Below, one piece after another: positions 1 to 13,276 of a stretch of DNA of 64,000 bases. The DNA lies in contig NC_087437.1 of the NCBI RefSeq assembly GCF_036321535.1, forward strand, positions 27,592,001-27,656,000, given 5' to 3'. The translations under genes and the position numbers were made by a program. Each line of letters starts with the position of its first letter. Within the stretch, counting starts at the first letter, position 1. This DNA comes from Camelus dromedarius (taxonomy: Eukaryota). The notes under the pieces are model-generated. The model was not told where the DNA came from, made no database searches, and saw only the letters and a list, made by a program, of their open reading frames with translations.

Positions 1-760
1 ACAAAAACGAAATCTTCAGTTCATGTGTGTCCTTTTCTGTGTATGGTGTTTTGGAAAGATGCTTATAAAACAGAAGAGGGCATTTTCTTTTATCGCTCCA
101 AGCCCCCAGATGTATCCTTTCTCATTATCTTTATTTTGCTCTCGTTTGCTCTTAAGACTCACCTCAATTCTCAATATCCCTGAAACTGTCCCTGATATCT
201 TGGTGGTGTTAGCATCCTTCCCACGGGACCTATGTTTTTGTATGAGTTCTAGCTGGAATGGGCAGTGGCTCTCCTTGTTGGCTGGTTTTGGTGTCCTCAA
301 TGCCCACTCCTAAAACAGGTTCTCAGCAACATTTGTTGAGTGAATGTATGTTACCAACATAGGGGATAGTCCTTGCCTCTCTCCTGAGTATGTGCTCTGT
401 CTGGATCTGTACATAAAGACAAGTGAGATGATGGGATTAATCTGAAAGCAAGGACTAGATATTTTTAAATAATATTATCCCATGGGCATCAAATCATCTA
501 ATCATTTGTATCTGCACATTCTTGGGCTCCTTTGGTAGGTTTTTGGACCCCTGACCTGTGTAACATTCGTCCTAGGACAGGTCACTTAGAGGAGAGCACA
601 CTGCTTTATAAGGTGGTTTATTTGCTTAGTATTCTAACTGCTTAGCTTTTTAGTGAGTCGTTAGAACAAGTTAGGAACATGAGCCTTAAGAAGTCACTGA
701 GAGAAGTTTGAGCTGGGATGAGACTTTAGAATGTAGAGAATTAATACTTCATTTCTATTA

Positions 761-1263
761 TGTTGATGAAAATAGTCAATCAACAATCTATAATAGGAAT
801 AGAAAAGAGTTTTTTTTGTACCAAACTAAGGACTATAGCCAGGGAGACAGCCTCTCAGATAACTCTGAGGAACTGCTTGGGATAAGCATGGTTTTCAGCA
901 CAGTTTTATATCTTGTTAGAAGAAAGTACATCAAACAAGTGAGGGATACATTCCTTTAAGGTTTAAAAAACAAAAACAGACCAGAAGTCCACAGCGAGTA
1001 TAGCCTTGGCACCTGGGAAGGGAGTCTTCTCATCAAAGGAGGACAAACATTGGCATCCCAGGAAGGGAGGCGTTGAACCTTTATATTTAAGATGGTCATT
1101 CTTCTGATCAGTGCATGCTTTTCTTTAGTAATGGATAGTTACAGCAGGTGTGCAGTATGCATTTGATGGGTCACAAACAGGCTGTTCTAGCATAAAATTC
1201 AAGTCAACTCATGTAGAAGACAGAATGGCCTCCTAACCCAATATGTGAACATTTCTTTTATCA
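761..1263 (-). mobile_element. Solo ERV LTR (ERV1-like)
   Basis: About 500 bp bounded by TG(761)...CA(1263), with a near 4-bp TSD (atta/attg). Minus-strand TATAAAA at 904-910. The internal motif ggactatagccagggagacagcctctcagataactctgagg resembles artiodactyl ERV LTRs. Family assignment is from recall. Confidence 0.6.
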
Positions 1264-1772
1264 ATTGGATAAACTTTCCCAGAGTTGTTCTGATAAACAG
1301 ATGTCGCTTGTTTATGCTGTGGTGACATGTGGGATGAACAGGCACTAGCAAGTTTAAGGGAAGCTTTTGTGGTGGTGAGACTTCAGGGAACTTGCCTGAG
1401 GTTAACCAAAATCAAGGGAAATGCTGTGGGTGATCTCATCCAGTTTCTTTTTCTTTTTTCTTTCATTATTTTTTTTAAACCTTAAGAGTAAGCCACACCT
1501 GAAATTAGTAGACTCGACCTTCTTCTCTGTCCAACAAACTGATGTTAGCTCAGCACACTTGTTTGTATTTCTGGTTTGTGTGAGGGTTGTGTGGTTATCT
1601 TTGGCCATTTAGTTTCCTTGGCGGTGGGACTGAGAAATTTTTTGTGGTCTTAGACAATTAATGCCGTAGAGAGCTGCATATATCTCTTTAGTTTCCATGG
1701 AGTACAGTGGTGATTCCTGTCTTGTTTTGTGTGGGCCAGGCGGCGTAATCAGAATGAAGACTCAGTGAGGCT

Positions 1773-2108
1773 CTACAAAACAGGAACAGACTCACAGACA
1801 TAGTAAACAGTCTTATGGTTACCAGGGGAAAGAGGGTGGGAAGAGATAAATTTGGGAGTTGGAGATTTGCAAATAGTAACTACTATACATAAAAATAGAT
1901 TAAAAAAAAGAATTTCTTCTATATAGCACAGGGAACTATATTCAATTATCTTGTAATAACCTTTAATGAGAAAGAGTATGAAAACAAATATATGTATGTA
2001 TATGTATGACTGGGACATTATGCTGTACAGCAGAGACTGACACATTGTAACTGACTATAAAAAAATAAACTCAACTCATAGGTTGAAAGATAGAGGTCTT
2101 AAAAAAAA
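1773..2108 (+). mobile_element. 5'-truncated L1 3' end (artiodactyl L1 3'UTR) with extra 3' segment
   Basis: Typical L1 3'UTR text (acagactcacagacatag..., tatagcacagggaactatattcaa..., ttgtaactgactat) and A-rich tracts. Flanked by a 16-bp imperfect TSD: aagactcagtgaggct (1757-1772) and aagaatcaatgaggct (2109-2124). Confidence 0.8.
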
Positions 2109-3234
2109 AAGAATCAATGAGGCTGAGTTTCTGTGTTCAGTCCTTGAATGGGCCATTCTGGGAGCTGTGTCTGACTGTTGCCCTTGTGTAATTCTGGGGG
2201 ATCCTGAGGTGAGTTGAATTGAGGACATGTGGTTCCCCTTGTGTGACTTAATCATGACTGGGAGCCCACCGTCTCCTCCTCCAGGAGCCTTGTGGACCTC
2301 CTGTAGGAGGCATTTATCTAACCGTGTACTGTGAGTGACACCAGTGTCCTCAGGTGGCCCTGATCAGCCTGTTTGTTTAGTTGTCCACGCGAAGGCCTGT
2401 GCGTTGGGAGGGCACACGCAGCCTCCCTCTGTAGAATCCTGTTGAAATCATACCAATCATACATTTTGTACTTAGTAGTGTGACAAAAGATTCGTGATGG
2501 TTTTGCTGTGGAGGAGAGAGAGAATTAAAATTACAATTTAGATTATGTATTCCTTCAGGAAGCTCAGGCAAATAAAAACTCTTCAGTTTGGGTGAGCTGG
2601 GTTCATTCTTGTGGCTATAAACAAAACCGCTGGCAATGAGCACTAACCCAGAAACCGTTATCCACACTCCCAGGGAACATCCTTTAGAGTTTTTTGTTGC
2701 TAACTCGGCATCCAGGGGCTCATAGTTGGTGCTAGTAAACTGGACGGAAGAAGCTTCACAGTGGGGCTTCTCACTGATGAAACGGCTGATTCCTGGAGTC
2801 CTTTTTCCCTTGTCCCGAGCTGCTTGTTTAACTGGGTAACACACTCCTAATGGAGACAGGGATTTTCATGTAGGCTGGCCCTCGCTGTCTCAGTTTATAC
2901 CTGTCCTGTCAGCTCAGCAAGTGACACCTTCTATTCTCAGAAGTATCTAGGTGTTCATCACAAATGATAGGCTCTTGTGAATCATAAGGGAATAAAATGA
3001 TCAGTATGCATGATGGGTGGGCTTAATGTTCTCTTAACAGTGGGGATGATCTTTCATGTCTAGGAAAGACATTATTGAGGCTTTGGTTAAGAGGGCTTCT
3101 CAGTGCCGACCCCAGCCTTATTTGCAGTGTTGATACGGTTTGTTTGCATTCCCAGCATTTGATAACATAAATAATTAGCAAGGCTTTCAGTCGTATTAGT
3201 GATACCTTGAGGTGCGCGTTTCATTTCAGGATTG

Positions 3235-3440
3235 AGCCACAGTTAAAACTGGAGCTTCTGGACCGGACGGCCTGAGTCCAGGTCCCAGCGACAGCCTATC
3301 TGAGCCGTGCGACCTTGGGAACATTAGGATGGATGCTGGTGCTTCCTCAGGGGCTTGTCAAAGGGATGAAGGTAGTTGATACAGGTCAGGTGCTGAGAAC
3401 AATGTCCAGTGTGTAGGGAGTGCCCGATAAAAGTTAGCTA
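3235..3440 (+). mobile_element. MIR SINE relic
   Basis: Degenerate MIR core (gccgtgcgaccttggga...) and tail (gtgcccgataaaagttagctatt). Confidence 0.5.
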
Positions 3441-6207
3441 TTTTTGTTTTGTTAGAAAATAAGCGTTCAGTGTTGCAGGTACTAGAAGAGAGGATGTGAG
3501 GGACTAGGGTAGAAACTTGAGGCCTCCAGCAGTAGTGCAGGCAGATTAAAATCAGGCTGTGGTAGGTTGGTCTCTCCTCAGGGCACACAGCGGGAGGCCT
3601 GCCGGACTCCCAGGGTCATGCTGGTCCGCGACGTTGTACAGCCTCCCCCTGGCCTGAGCTAAGCCCAGTGCAGGGACAGAGGTCTGTCTTGTCCACCACA
3701 TCTGAGGGCGGATCGGCAAGATTGTGTGCAGGGTTGTTGAGGAGGGTGAGGGAAAGCGGGTGCAAAGGATGACTCGGATTTCCAGTTCAGGTTCCTGGGC
3801 GGGTGGTGGTGCTGTTAATCAGGTTCAAGGGTAAGGAGCCTCCTTGGATGAGGTAGAGAGAGCGTGATGCAGTCCATATTTTTATGGTCCCTCACTACCA
3901 TGCAAAATGAGATCTTTGTGTGCAGATGCGTTACATTATGTATGGCTTCTATATCACTGTACTAAAAAGATGTTGAAACATGTCTCACAGAAAGAGTGCA
4001 TTGGATTTAATGGGGTTAAGAGGCCGTGATCTAGATGAATCCAAATTTATATAGTATAAGTGTTCTGCCCAATATTCATTTCCTTATATACTCATTTTTC
4101 CATTGTATTTAATGGTGGTATTACTCTACTGCATAAAACAACATACAAAAATCTAAAGACACATGTGATATGATTCAGGCTTCTTGAAAAAACACAGAGA
4201 TAATTATTTTTGATAATTGACAGATGGCTTCAGTGTTATTGAAGGTATTTTGGTTAGGGCCGGTATTAACAATCTTAAGCTTTGGGTGTGATTTTTAAGG
4301 ACTATTTAAAAACTATTAAAAACTTAAGAATATTCGAAACACAAGTCAACATGTGAATCCCATGCATTTCTTGATAAGTTAAAAATTTAATACTGACAGT
4401 CTTATTCTTCCCTCTTCAACTCTAATGAATGATTTTTGAAATCATCAAGTATATTTAATCAAAAAATTTTTTGTATGTCACTTAGGAAAGAGCAGTCAAT
4501 ATTTGCTCCATTTTCCCCATGAAATCGATGGTATTGCAGCTTTTTTAGTTTCTGTTCTTTTTACATTTGTAAGATAATTTTATAGGTCAGCTTTATTTTT
4601 TCAAACATTTCCAGCTTATATTTTTCTAGGCAGCTCCGGGACTGTTTTTTGTGTACATTAGCACTAAAGACGGCTGAAGAAATGCTGTGGGGAAGGGCTA
4701 GGCCATGTTACTATGTAATTACATGATATTAACAGAACACAAGTCATTTTCTTCAGTTGGTTCATGAATTTTATCACCAGATGGTGCTAGAGGCTGGGGC
4801 GGTAAGCAAAATGTGCATCTACCATATGTTTGATTTATGTTGAAATTTGAAAATGTTTGATCTTAAGAGACACTTACTTTCACATTTCACTTAGATATAT
4901 CCCAAGATTATTTAAAATATGACATTAGGCATAACTTTTTTTTTTTTTTTACAAGGTTTGTGCCTAGTAAGTATTGATTTGATAGCTGTCTTCTTGTGGT
5001 CCGCCTGGGAGAAAATACTAATTTATGAGATTTAAGTGATCCCCAAGTTTTATTTTGCCCTTGTTTTAAGTTTTTTTTTTTTTCTCTGTAGTATATCATA
5101 GTTCTCCACGGTGATGATAAAACTTATGTTTTAAGTTGTACTGTCTATGTACACTTCTGAGTTAGCTATGTAACTTAAATTTATAGACTCTCCTAGTTAC
5201 TATTCGCTTAAAGCTTTAGTTGAGGGAAAAAATACTTGTATCCTTTTTGGAAATGAGAATAAAATGATATAACTGGTATAATGAATACAACAGAGTTAGT
5301 AATACACACACCAGAAGATTTTCTACAAGGTCAGTTTCCATTCATGTAAGTTATATGAATAATAGAAAAATTTCTTTTTGAAATTACCGGAATATGTATC
5401 CCTTTTACATAAAAGAAAGAATAACTATGTTATTTATTGCTGGCTTGAGAGGGTCCTGAAATACTGAATATAGTCCAAAAGCTCCAGGTTAGAAACTTTA
5501 GATTTCAAATTTAAGATTGGTTTTGACTTAACTGATAATTTAGAAACAATCAGATAGAATTCTTGTTTTCTTCGGTATTAATGCAGTAGTTTGTATTGAC
5601 TTATGACATTAGCGCAGTATTTCGTGTTATTCCTGTTGATATTATTTTAGTCATGTAAATGATTCTTTCTTGGTTGGCCCAGATAAGTAGTTTTTGTGAG
5701 TGCAGTGTGGGCATAAAATACAAGCAGTATGATTTTGATGTTTTTGTAATACGGCTTTAAAGGGGGGGAAGTAATGCTTTCTTTCTGTTTCTTCCTAAGT
5801 CAATGTTTTAAGATGTCCCATTGATTTAATAATGAAATTTCAGTGGATAGGATCACCATTACATTAATTATACCCAGTAACCCAACAGCAGTCCAATTTT
5901 AGAAACATTATAGTGGGATTGAAATATTTTAAGGGCCTTTTTAGAATTGAGGCCTGAATTTTAGAGGATTAAATAAGGTCTAGGGTTTGGTAAATTCCAG
6001 AGTGCCGAATGGGATTCTAAGGTGACCGTGCATTTAACAGCCTGCGTGCATGTGTGCACGCACACACACACGGTAAAGTGGGTAATACCGTTTTTGACTG
6101 GGATATTTGACTGAGAGCTGTGATGTAGAGAGAAATAGGGGAAAGAGAGGATAGGACTTGTGTTGATGAGAGTTTTTTCCCAGTTGCAGTGTTGCCCTTT
6201 GTTTTTA

Positions 6208-6326
6208 ATTTTTTGTTTTTGGTGGAGGATTAGGTATTGATTGATTGATTAACTGATTGTACTGAGGATTGAACCCAGGACCTTGTGCATGTCAGGCATG
6301 CACTCTATCACTGAGCTATACCCCCA
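6208..6326 (-). mobile_element. tRNA-derived SINE (camelid Vic-1-like)
   Basis: Reverse complement reads GGGGTATAGCTCAGTGATAGAGTGCATGCCTGACATGCACAAGGTCCTGGGTTCAATCC, with Pol III A and B boxes and an A-rich tail. Confidence 0.85.
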
Positions 6327-7851
6327 CCCCCACCCCTTCTATTTATATAGGATAGCTGTAACTCATCCTGGGTTTTATGGGGAGGGTGGAGAAAAGAATT
6401 AGCCTTTCAAACTGTCTTTTTACATTGCTTGGTCTAAAGCATGGCTAATTTAACCCAGCTAGTGGGTACCATTGGGGGTAGTAGTGGCTATTCCCGTGAC
6501 CAACTGAGGTGTCTAGGAGTTTATTTGGAATTGAATTCTTGATGGAGAGGTAGATATTTTGATAAAGGTCCTCAGATAATTGTTTTAACCCCTTTGCTAC
6601 TGTCCCCTCTGCCCAACCTGACTCACCTGTTAGATTCCCTACTCTGTTCTTGAACCTCACCACGGCAGTCATTGTTAGGTTATCTGTGGCCCCTCCCCTC
6701 TCTTTTTTTGCTCATTTTGACTTTTTAGAGTTTTTCAGATTATATTCAAGTATCGTACTACTTTATGTGTGTGCGCGCGCGCACGCTTGCGTGATTTGTC
6801 CCCATTTCATCCACGAACATGCCTTCGCAGCTGCTTTTACTGCTTACATTCTTTTACTGCTTCCTGGCTCCTCATACAGGAATAGATGAGGCATCTAGTC
6901 AGTGGTCAGGCAGCTGCAGGCTTTGGAAAAGGATGAAGGCTAAGATTTAAAGGGTTACTCTTAAACTTTTTTGACTTGATTTATGCTATTCCTCAACTGG
7001 AGGTGTTATTTTTAAACTAATTGATATGCCTATTAAAGATGGGATAGAGCTTAAACAGAAGACTATTTTACTAATAGTTTTTCTAAAATAGACTATTCAG
7101 TGTCTTTTTAACATACTGTGTCTACATATCCACCATCTATGTTTCTACCCTTAGCATATGAGAATTCAAATACAGCATATTGGTATAATAACGGCAGGCG
7201 TAAGTTCAGAGTGTTTTCTCCAAAATCCACTTGTCTGAGTACTCATTCACACTTTTCTCCCCTCTGAAACAACCTAAGTTTAAAATCAGTTAGTTGAATT
7301 CAATCTTTCAAACACATTGCTTAAAAAAATTAAGTTGAACCGTCTCCTGCCTACCCCCACACCATACCATGCAAGCTTTTCTAACAGGCATAAGACATTG
7401 ATAAACAGAGACGGGATGATGACCAAAAATTGCAGGTGGTTACTAGGAGGAATGACAAGAAGACCTAGAAATCCATATTTACTCTATTGTATCTGCAATT
7501 AGTGAGCTGTGTTGAATGCAGCATTTTCTTTCCCAAATCTTAAGGCTCAGGGTTAGATAGAGCTCTCTATACTTTCTGTTCTCTCAAAAGTGGCTTCAGA
7601 GCATCAACATTTCCTGGAAGGCGGGTATAGTGCGCTGGCATTGCTGTGGCCTTTTCTGCCCTTGCAATCTGCTCCTTAAACTTTGAGCCGTGACCTCTGC
7701 CACTCAGCTGCCCACCACCTCCTGCTGATTTCACTTTTTGGCATGCCTTAATGTTTTTCTTGGTTCCAAATTATACCTTGATTTCATACCATTTCAGTTC
7801 TCTTTTCATCCATATTTTGATGGGCTCAGGCGAAGATAATGAAAAGACACA

Positions 7852-7857
7852 TTTATT
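7852..7857 (-). terminator. GPR87: GPR87 polyadenylation signal AATAAA
   Basis: tttatt on + strand, about 57 nt downstream of the GPR87 stop codon; implies a very short 3'UTR. Confidence 0.7.
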
Positions 7858-7914
7858 TACACTTTGTACATTTTAACTTCAACAAACAAGAGAAGGCCTG
7901 GTGGCCTTTAACTC

Positions 7915-8954
7915 TTACACATCAGTATAATCATAGTATATGCGGACCTCTGATCTTCTGACACTTTGCAGTGATCGGATGCTTTCGCTTCTGGTTCTGA
8001 TATTTGATTTCTTGAATAGCCTTCTTGAAAATGAGCGACACATGAAAAAGTAAATTATTGGATCCAGGCACACGTTGCACGCGGACAAGAAGAGTGTCAT
8101 TTCTTTGCAGTAATACAGGATTTTGTGTGCCGATTCGTCTAAAAGTCTGTCCAAGTTACTAAAAGTAAAAGGAATCCTGCATAAGTGATAGGGCAGAAAG
8201 CAGGTAAAAAACACAGCCACCACCACTCTGATGCTCTGGTTATGTTTTCGCTTTCGGCTCGACTGGCTTATGAATTGCCGGCTGGATTTATGGATGTACC
8301 TGGATATGGCTATGTAACATCCGATCAGTATCACCAGCACAGCCACAAACAGGCAGCTGTTGACATAGACAATGGCCTTATGCCATTTCACTCCCAAGGG
8401 ACTCTTAAGCTGGATGCAGTCATGAATATTTTCCCTAGTTGGTTGACCATTTGTTAGAATGATGTTTGGCAAGGACAGAACAGCCATGAGCACCCAAACA
8501 CAAATAGATAAAACCTTCGTAAAAGTTATGCTGTACATGCGAGAGTCGCCAAATGGCTTTACCACCTTCAGGTAGCGGTCGATACTTATCAGCCCAAGAA
8601 ACATGATGGAAGTATACATGTTTGCATAAAATAGGACTGAAGTGTATCTGCAGAGGATAAACTTGAAGTACCAGGGTCCAAATCCTGCATCGTGGACTAT
8701 TCGAAAGGGAAATGTCAGCGTCATTATGAGGTCAGCGACCACTATGTTTTTGAGATAAAATATGAAGCTAGTTTTATTCCTAATGTGGAAGAAGATCCAC
8801 ACGGCTAGACCATTCAGCAGGATGCTTGCCACAAATATAACGAGGTAGAGCCCAGGCAAGACGATGGTGTCAAATTCGTTAACGGTGGTGTTCATTCCTG
8901 GTCCATCGCTCACGTTACTTGCAGTGTGATTGCCTTGGCCATGCAGCTCATCAT
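7915..8954 (-). CDS. GPR87: G protein-coupled receptor 87, main coding exon (exon 3)
   Basis: 7TM ORF with IDRY, CLDPIIY and C-terminal RIYYDYTDV, matching GPR87. Acceptor cttctcctacAG at 8956-8955. Joins the 34 coding nt of exon 2 in frame to give 1074 nt, or 357 aa ([21 protein letters not shown]...). Confidence 0.97.
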
Positions 8955-9753
8955 CTGTAGGAGAAGTGGGGAGACATCAGTGCTCCACGTGTGTGCTCCC
9001 CAGACTGCTAGGCTTCCTTACAGGCTGAAATCTTGCTGTTTTGGGCTTGTTTAAAAATGTCTTTAAAGAATCTTTTTAGTACATTGTTAATATTTTGAGT
9101 GGCTCAAGAATTGCTGCCCTCACCCCTAAATCCCATCCCTCTCCCCAAGTCCTTTGAGTAAGTTGTGAAATTTCTGGTTCTCTATGCTCACCGTTTAAAA
9201 ATGAAAATAAATATATCAGTAAAAATTATCCTGATTAGATTTTTAACTTAAGGTTTGACATCATTACAACTAGAATCAACAAAATCTGGGAGCACAAAAC
9301 TTAAAATTTCATATAACAAGGAAAAATGGTAGCTTGTGATTATTCTTTTAGTGCAGTATTTGGCATGCTCTTTGAAATATCTTTTCTCTGTCTCTCTCAA
9401 TTTTAAGCTGTTTAATCATCAGGAATTAGGAAAGAGTAAAACTAGTGGGTCATTTTGAATGTTTTGCTCATGACTTTCTTACAGTGCTTAAAAAACTTTA
9501 GAGACCATTGTCAGGAAGAGAAACAAAAAGAAACAATTGTTATTAACATTCAAATTCATTATCAAGGAGGACAATTATTAAAAATCATTGTAGGCTGGTA
9601 CCTATTTTTATCTGTAAGACTAGATTATACCTATTGCATTTAGGATATGAACATTTTAAATTTTGTGCTATTTTGGAATTTTTAGCTCATGTTGTTAGAG
9701 ACCTATGCCTGCTGTATCATATAATCGATGATAGTTTATAAACATTGGGATGT

Positions 9754-10130
9754 GCATGACAGCTCTGGGAATGGGCCTCTCAGATCTCCTCCTGTGGGGG
9801 GTGTAATTGATGGGCAACTCCAGCTCAGTGCTCTGAATCCAGCACCGTTTTCTTGCTGATGCCATGTTCCCGTGGACAGCTCCCAGCCCGTGACTGAGCA
9901 CAGGAAGGATACTAAGACACGGCTGTTCCTGGGACAGTAGGGATTCCCCTGACCAGTGACTTTGGCTGGAGGACTTTTCATCAGTCTGGCCAAAACTTTC
10001 TTCAAACTGCACTGCAGTCTGAATCTTCCTCCTCTTCCCTCCACAGGGGTCAGACCTGCACAACAGTCTGCAATCCCTGCAGGCATTCCGACTCCCAGTA
10101 AATCTCTTGGCTCTTGTAATCCAGTTACAT
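9754..10130 (+). mobile_element. LTR16-family (ERVL) LTR relic in GPR87 intron 2
   Basis: Motifs ggggtgtaattga, ctcccagcccgtgactgagcac, gactttggct...aaaactttct...actgcactgcagtctga and caggggtcagacctgca match the LTR16-type consensus as recalled. Confidence 0.65.
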
Positions 10131-11439
10131 TTTGTCTTTTAAAATTTTTTTTTCAAACTGGAACTAACAATTTGCAAATGAACTTTTTGAAGTTACTTTT
10201 TGTAAGTTTACAAGGAAAATCATTTCTGAATTTTCACCTCTCACTAATTAATAATGTTTAATTACAGTCATGTTTTGAATTGATTTTGTTTTAGAGGTAA
10301 AACAGCATGAATTTAGCCCTCATTTCCCTACATGACAGGCAGTGTAGTGTATACTTTGTTCCTCTTTGAAGAACTGAACCAGGGATGATAGTTTTGATGA
10401 TTAAAATTCAAAAACAGGTTCTTAAATTGCTGCCTGAAATGTAAACGTAGACTCTTCCTTAAGTAACCTTGTCCTCTTTCTGATTCTTTCTCTTTTATTC
10501 TCTGCTACAAGTGTTTTTAAAAACTGGTTTTCCTGGCTTGAATATCCTTACACAGGCTGTTAATTTATACCTGGACTAGCCTGTTACGATGAGACCCACA
10601 GTACTATTAAGCTTTACAAGTTTAAAATGACTGATTCAGCTGCCATCTATGTTACTGTTTCCAGTTTCAGATATTGTCTTGAACAGTATTGTTCAAGCTT
10701 ACTTTGACTTAATGAAGTGTTGCTGGCTTGGCTGCTTCTGCACCACAAGATCCACATGAGCGTCCATGCCTTTAGAAGCTTCTGAAGATGTGCAGTTTTA
10801 CCTGGGTTAAGATATCTGCTTGAATTAATTTCCCCAATTTAACTACTAGCTGTTACTTTTCTATAACCCAGAGTAGAACCCTAAGGGAACTGGAGAGAGG
10901 AAAAGTAACTTTTAATTGGGATACGTAGTCCAGTCTGAAAAGGGGCAGCTGCATTATCTCCTGAAATGATGGCTGTGCCTTCTAACAGTTACTAAGGAAT
11001 GATTTTCTCAGCCATCGTAGACGCAAATAGAATGGCTCCCAAGCTGTAGTGTACTAGACATGGACTGGTTCAGCCCTTTGTGCTGGCTCACTGGGTCTGC
11101 TGTGCATATCCGTTGTGGAACCGGAGGACCCATACTTCTCAGGGGTGTTTAAGGATTTCGTGTCTGTTCATTATATAAAGTTTTAATTGTACAAACAAGC
11201 ACCCTTAGTAAATGACAATCATTTACCGATCAATTATAGATATTATTAAAGATAATCTTAAATCAGAATGTCAAAAATAGTCCTTATATATACACTGAGT
11301 CATGAGGAATATCAGGCACAAGTGACCTGGTTCCAGAGTGACTGCTGACTGTTCTGTGGCTTTGAGACAGTCTGCTGCTAAACTTGCTGATTGCGTCACC
11401 TCACAGTATTTGCTTCCTTACTTTATGTATGGGATTGCC

Positions 11440-11489
11440 TTTTTTTTTTTTTTGGAGTTGGAGGTAATTAGGTTTATTTACTTATTTAG
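11440..11489 (-). mobile_element. 3' tail fragment of Vic-1-like SINE
   Basis: Poly-T followed by ggaggtaattaggtttatttac, the same tail as other SINE copies here. Flanked by gggattgcc / gggattacc. Confidence 0.5.
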
Positions 11490-12354
11490 GGGATTACCAT
11501 TTTGGAATATAGGACTTTTTAATTCAATGGAATAGGCTTGGACTTGATGATTGCAAATGAAGTAAATTGCACATCAAGCTGCATTAGCAGCTTAAATTAA
11601 TGGTTAAAGCCCATCATGGGTCATTCTATGAAATAATATGGCAGTAACGAAAAAGGAAAACGGTTCCTAAGAAGCAAGAAGAGCCATCTGTGGGTTGCTC
11701 TGGATGGTTCAAAACTTAATGTAGAGAGCTTTGTATGACACTGATTTTTTTTTTTTTTTAAAGAATTAAGTCTACGCCTTCTTTTCTGTCAACTACCTGC
11801 ATTGTTTCTTCTCTTCTGTACCATTGCCCCAGGTTTTTCAAAGCCTGTGGGTTTGTTCAGAAGCATTTCTCTGCACCGTGCTCCTGCTCAGGAACGATGA
11901 CCATTAAGAGCGAGTGGCTGTCTTTGCCCCGGCGGTTTTGTCGTGTTGTTAGTCACGGTCAGTAAAGAACTTGGCCGAGTTAGGGAACATTTTATATGGC
12001 AGGTAGCTTAGTGATTCAATTAATAAAAATTTGAAGCTGTTTTTTCAGTGTAAAGGGTGTTCTCTCACATCTCACACACTCCTTGTTTACCGAGATGTTG
12101 TTCCCTGGGTTGTTCAGTGCAGAGCTTGATTACAGAGTGATAATTGAGGGTCAGATTTCCTTTTATTATTTTTCTCCCCTGCCCCCCGCTCCACTCCAGC
12201 CCCTTTTAAACTAAATTAACAAAAGCAGTGATGTAAGAGCTCTAGTTCCATGGTAAATCATCGTGCTGTGCCTGTGTGTGTGGGAGTCGTACTGTGGAGG
12301 GTATGCTGGGGCTGCCGGCTGGGGCTGCCTGTGCTTGTGTGTGTTGGAGAAACG

Positions 12355-12455
12355 CATATGATTTGTAGCCAGAAGTCTCACTGGCCACATGTGGCTCCTG
12401 TATTGGACAGTGCAGATAAAGGGCATTGCAGAAAGTCCTGTTTGACAGTGCTGGT
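12355..12455. mobile_element. MER3/MER33-like hAT DNA transposon end
   Basis: gccacatgtggct...gtattggacagtgcagata...gcagaaagt...ttgacagtgctg resembles the MER3 terminus. Confidence 0.55.
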
Positions 12456-13242
12456 TTAGCCACTTCATGACTTTGTGAAAAGGAATAAATAGCAGCATTT
12501 GACTTCTGAGTGTTAGATGCCTTGCAGACATTTCAAGCATAGTATCTAGTACTCAGCAGGCATTCACTCTGTAACTTCGGGTGCTGGTTACAGTTTGTCT
12601 CATCGATTGCAGTCGCATTACAGACAATCGAGGGGGGAAAGAATCTTGGTCCCATTTCCTTTTGAGGAAGCAACATGGTTGCTCCTTGGGGCGTGTCACA
12701 CTTTGGCACAAGATGTGAAAGTATCAACAATAATGTCGCTGCTCTACCTGCCAGGCAGGAATGAAACACCAGAGTCATGCACATTACAGGGTGTCACTGC
12801 CTGGGCACAGCTGCCCTGGCACGATCATTTTCTAGTTGCCCAGTAGTGTGAGTAGATAATGGTCTTTGTCCTCTTAGGGAACCTTGGTGAACCTCAATCT
12901 AGATTATTACGTCTGGAAGGTAATATATACTTTAGTTTGGATAGAAAAAGACTTCTCCAGTTGTTATTAATTTAATCTTTCTTGTCCTTTTAGAGGTGGT
13001 CTGTAGATGAAACAAAGCTTAAAATGAAGTGATGGCAAGTTAAATTTCTCTCAGTGATGCCATCCTGCGTGGTTGCTGTTTTACATCTAATGAAAGGCAA
13101 GGATAAATGCTGGTTTATTTTATTAGTTGGTTTGGTGGCCCCTAAAACCCACGAATTGCCACATAGTGTATATATCAGTTATTGAGCAAGTAAGAATTTC
13201 TCCCCCCCCTTCTTTTTTAATTTTTCTTTTCCTGTGGCTTAC

Positions 13243-13276
13243 CTGGTAATTTTGCAAGTGTCAAGTTGAGCCCCAT
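13243..13276 (-). CDS. GPR87: GPR87 first coding segment (MGLNLTLAKLP) in exon 2
   Basis: ATG at 13276 reads ATGGGGCTCAACTTGACACTTGCAAAATTACCAG|gtaagc. Phase-1 donor at 13242 fits the 8954 acceptor. The peptide matches the GPR87 N-terminus. Confidence 0.93.

Noticed and set aside
2377..2844. 155-aa minus-strand ORF
   Set aside because: Non-ATG start, no recognisable domain or exon structure; consistent with chance.
6043..6790. Short alternating purine-pyrimidine runs (about 6043-6071 and 6766-6786)
   Set aside because: Ordinary short microsatellites with no evidence of function.
8911..8913. ORF-track start for GPR87 (332 aa)
   Set aside because: It is a GTG codon inside exon 3. The real N-terminus comes from the spliced exon at 13243-13276.
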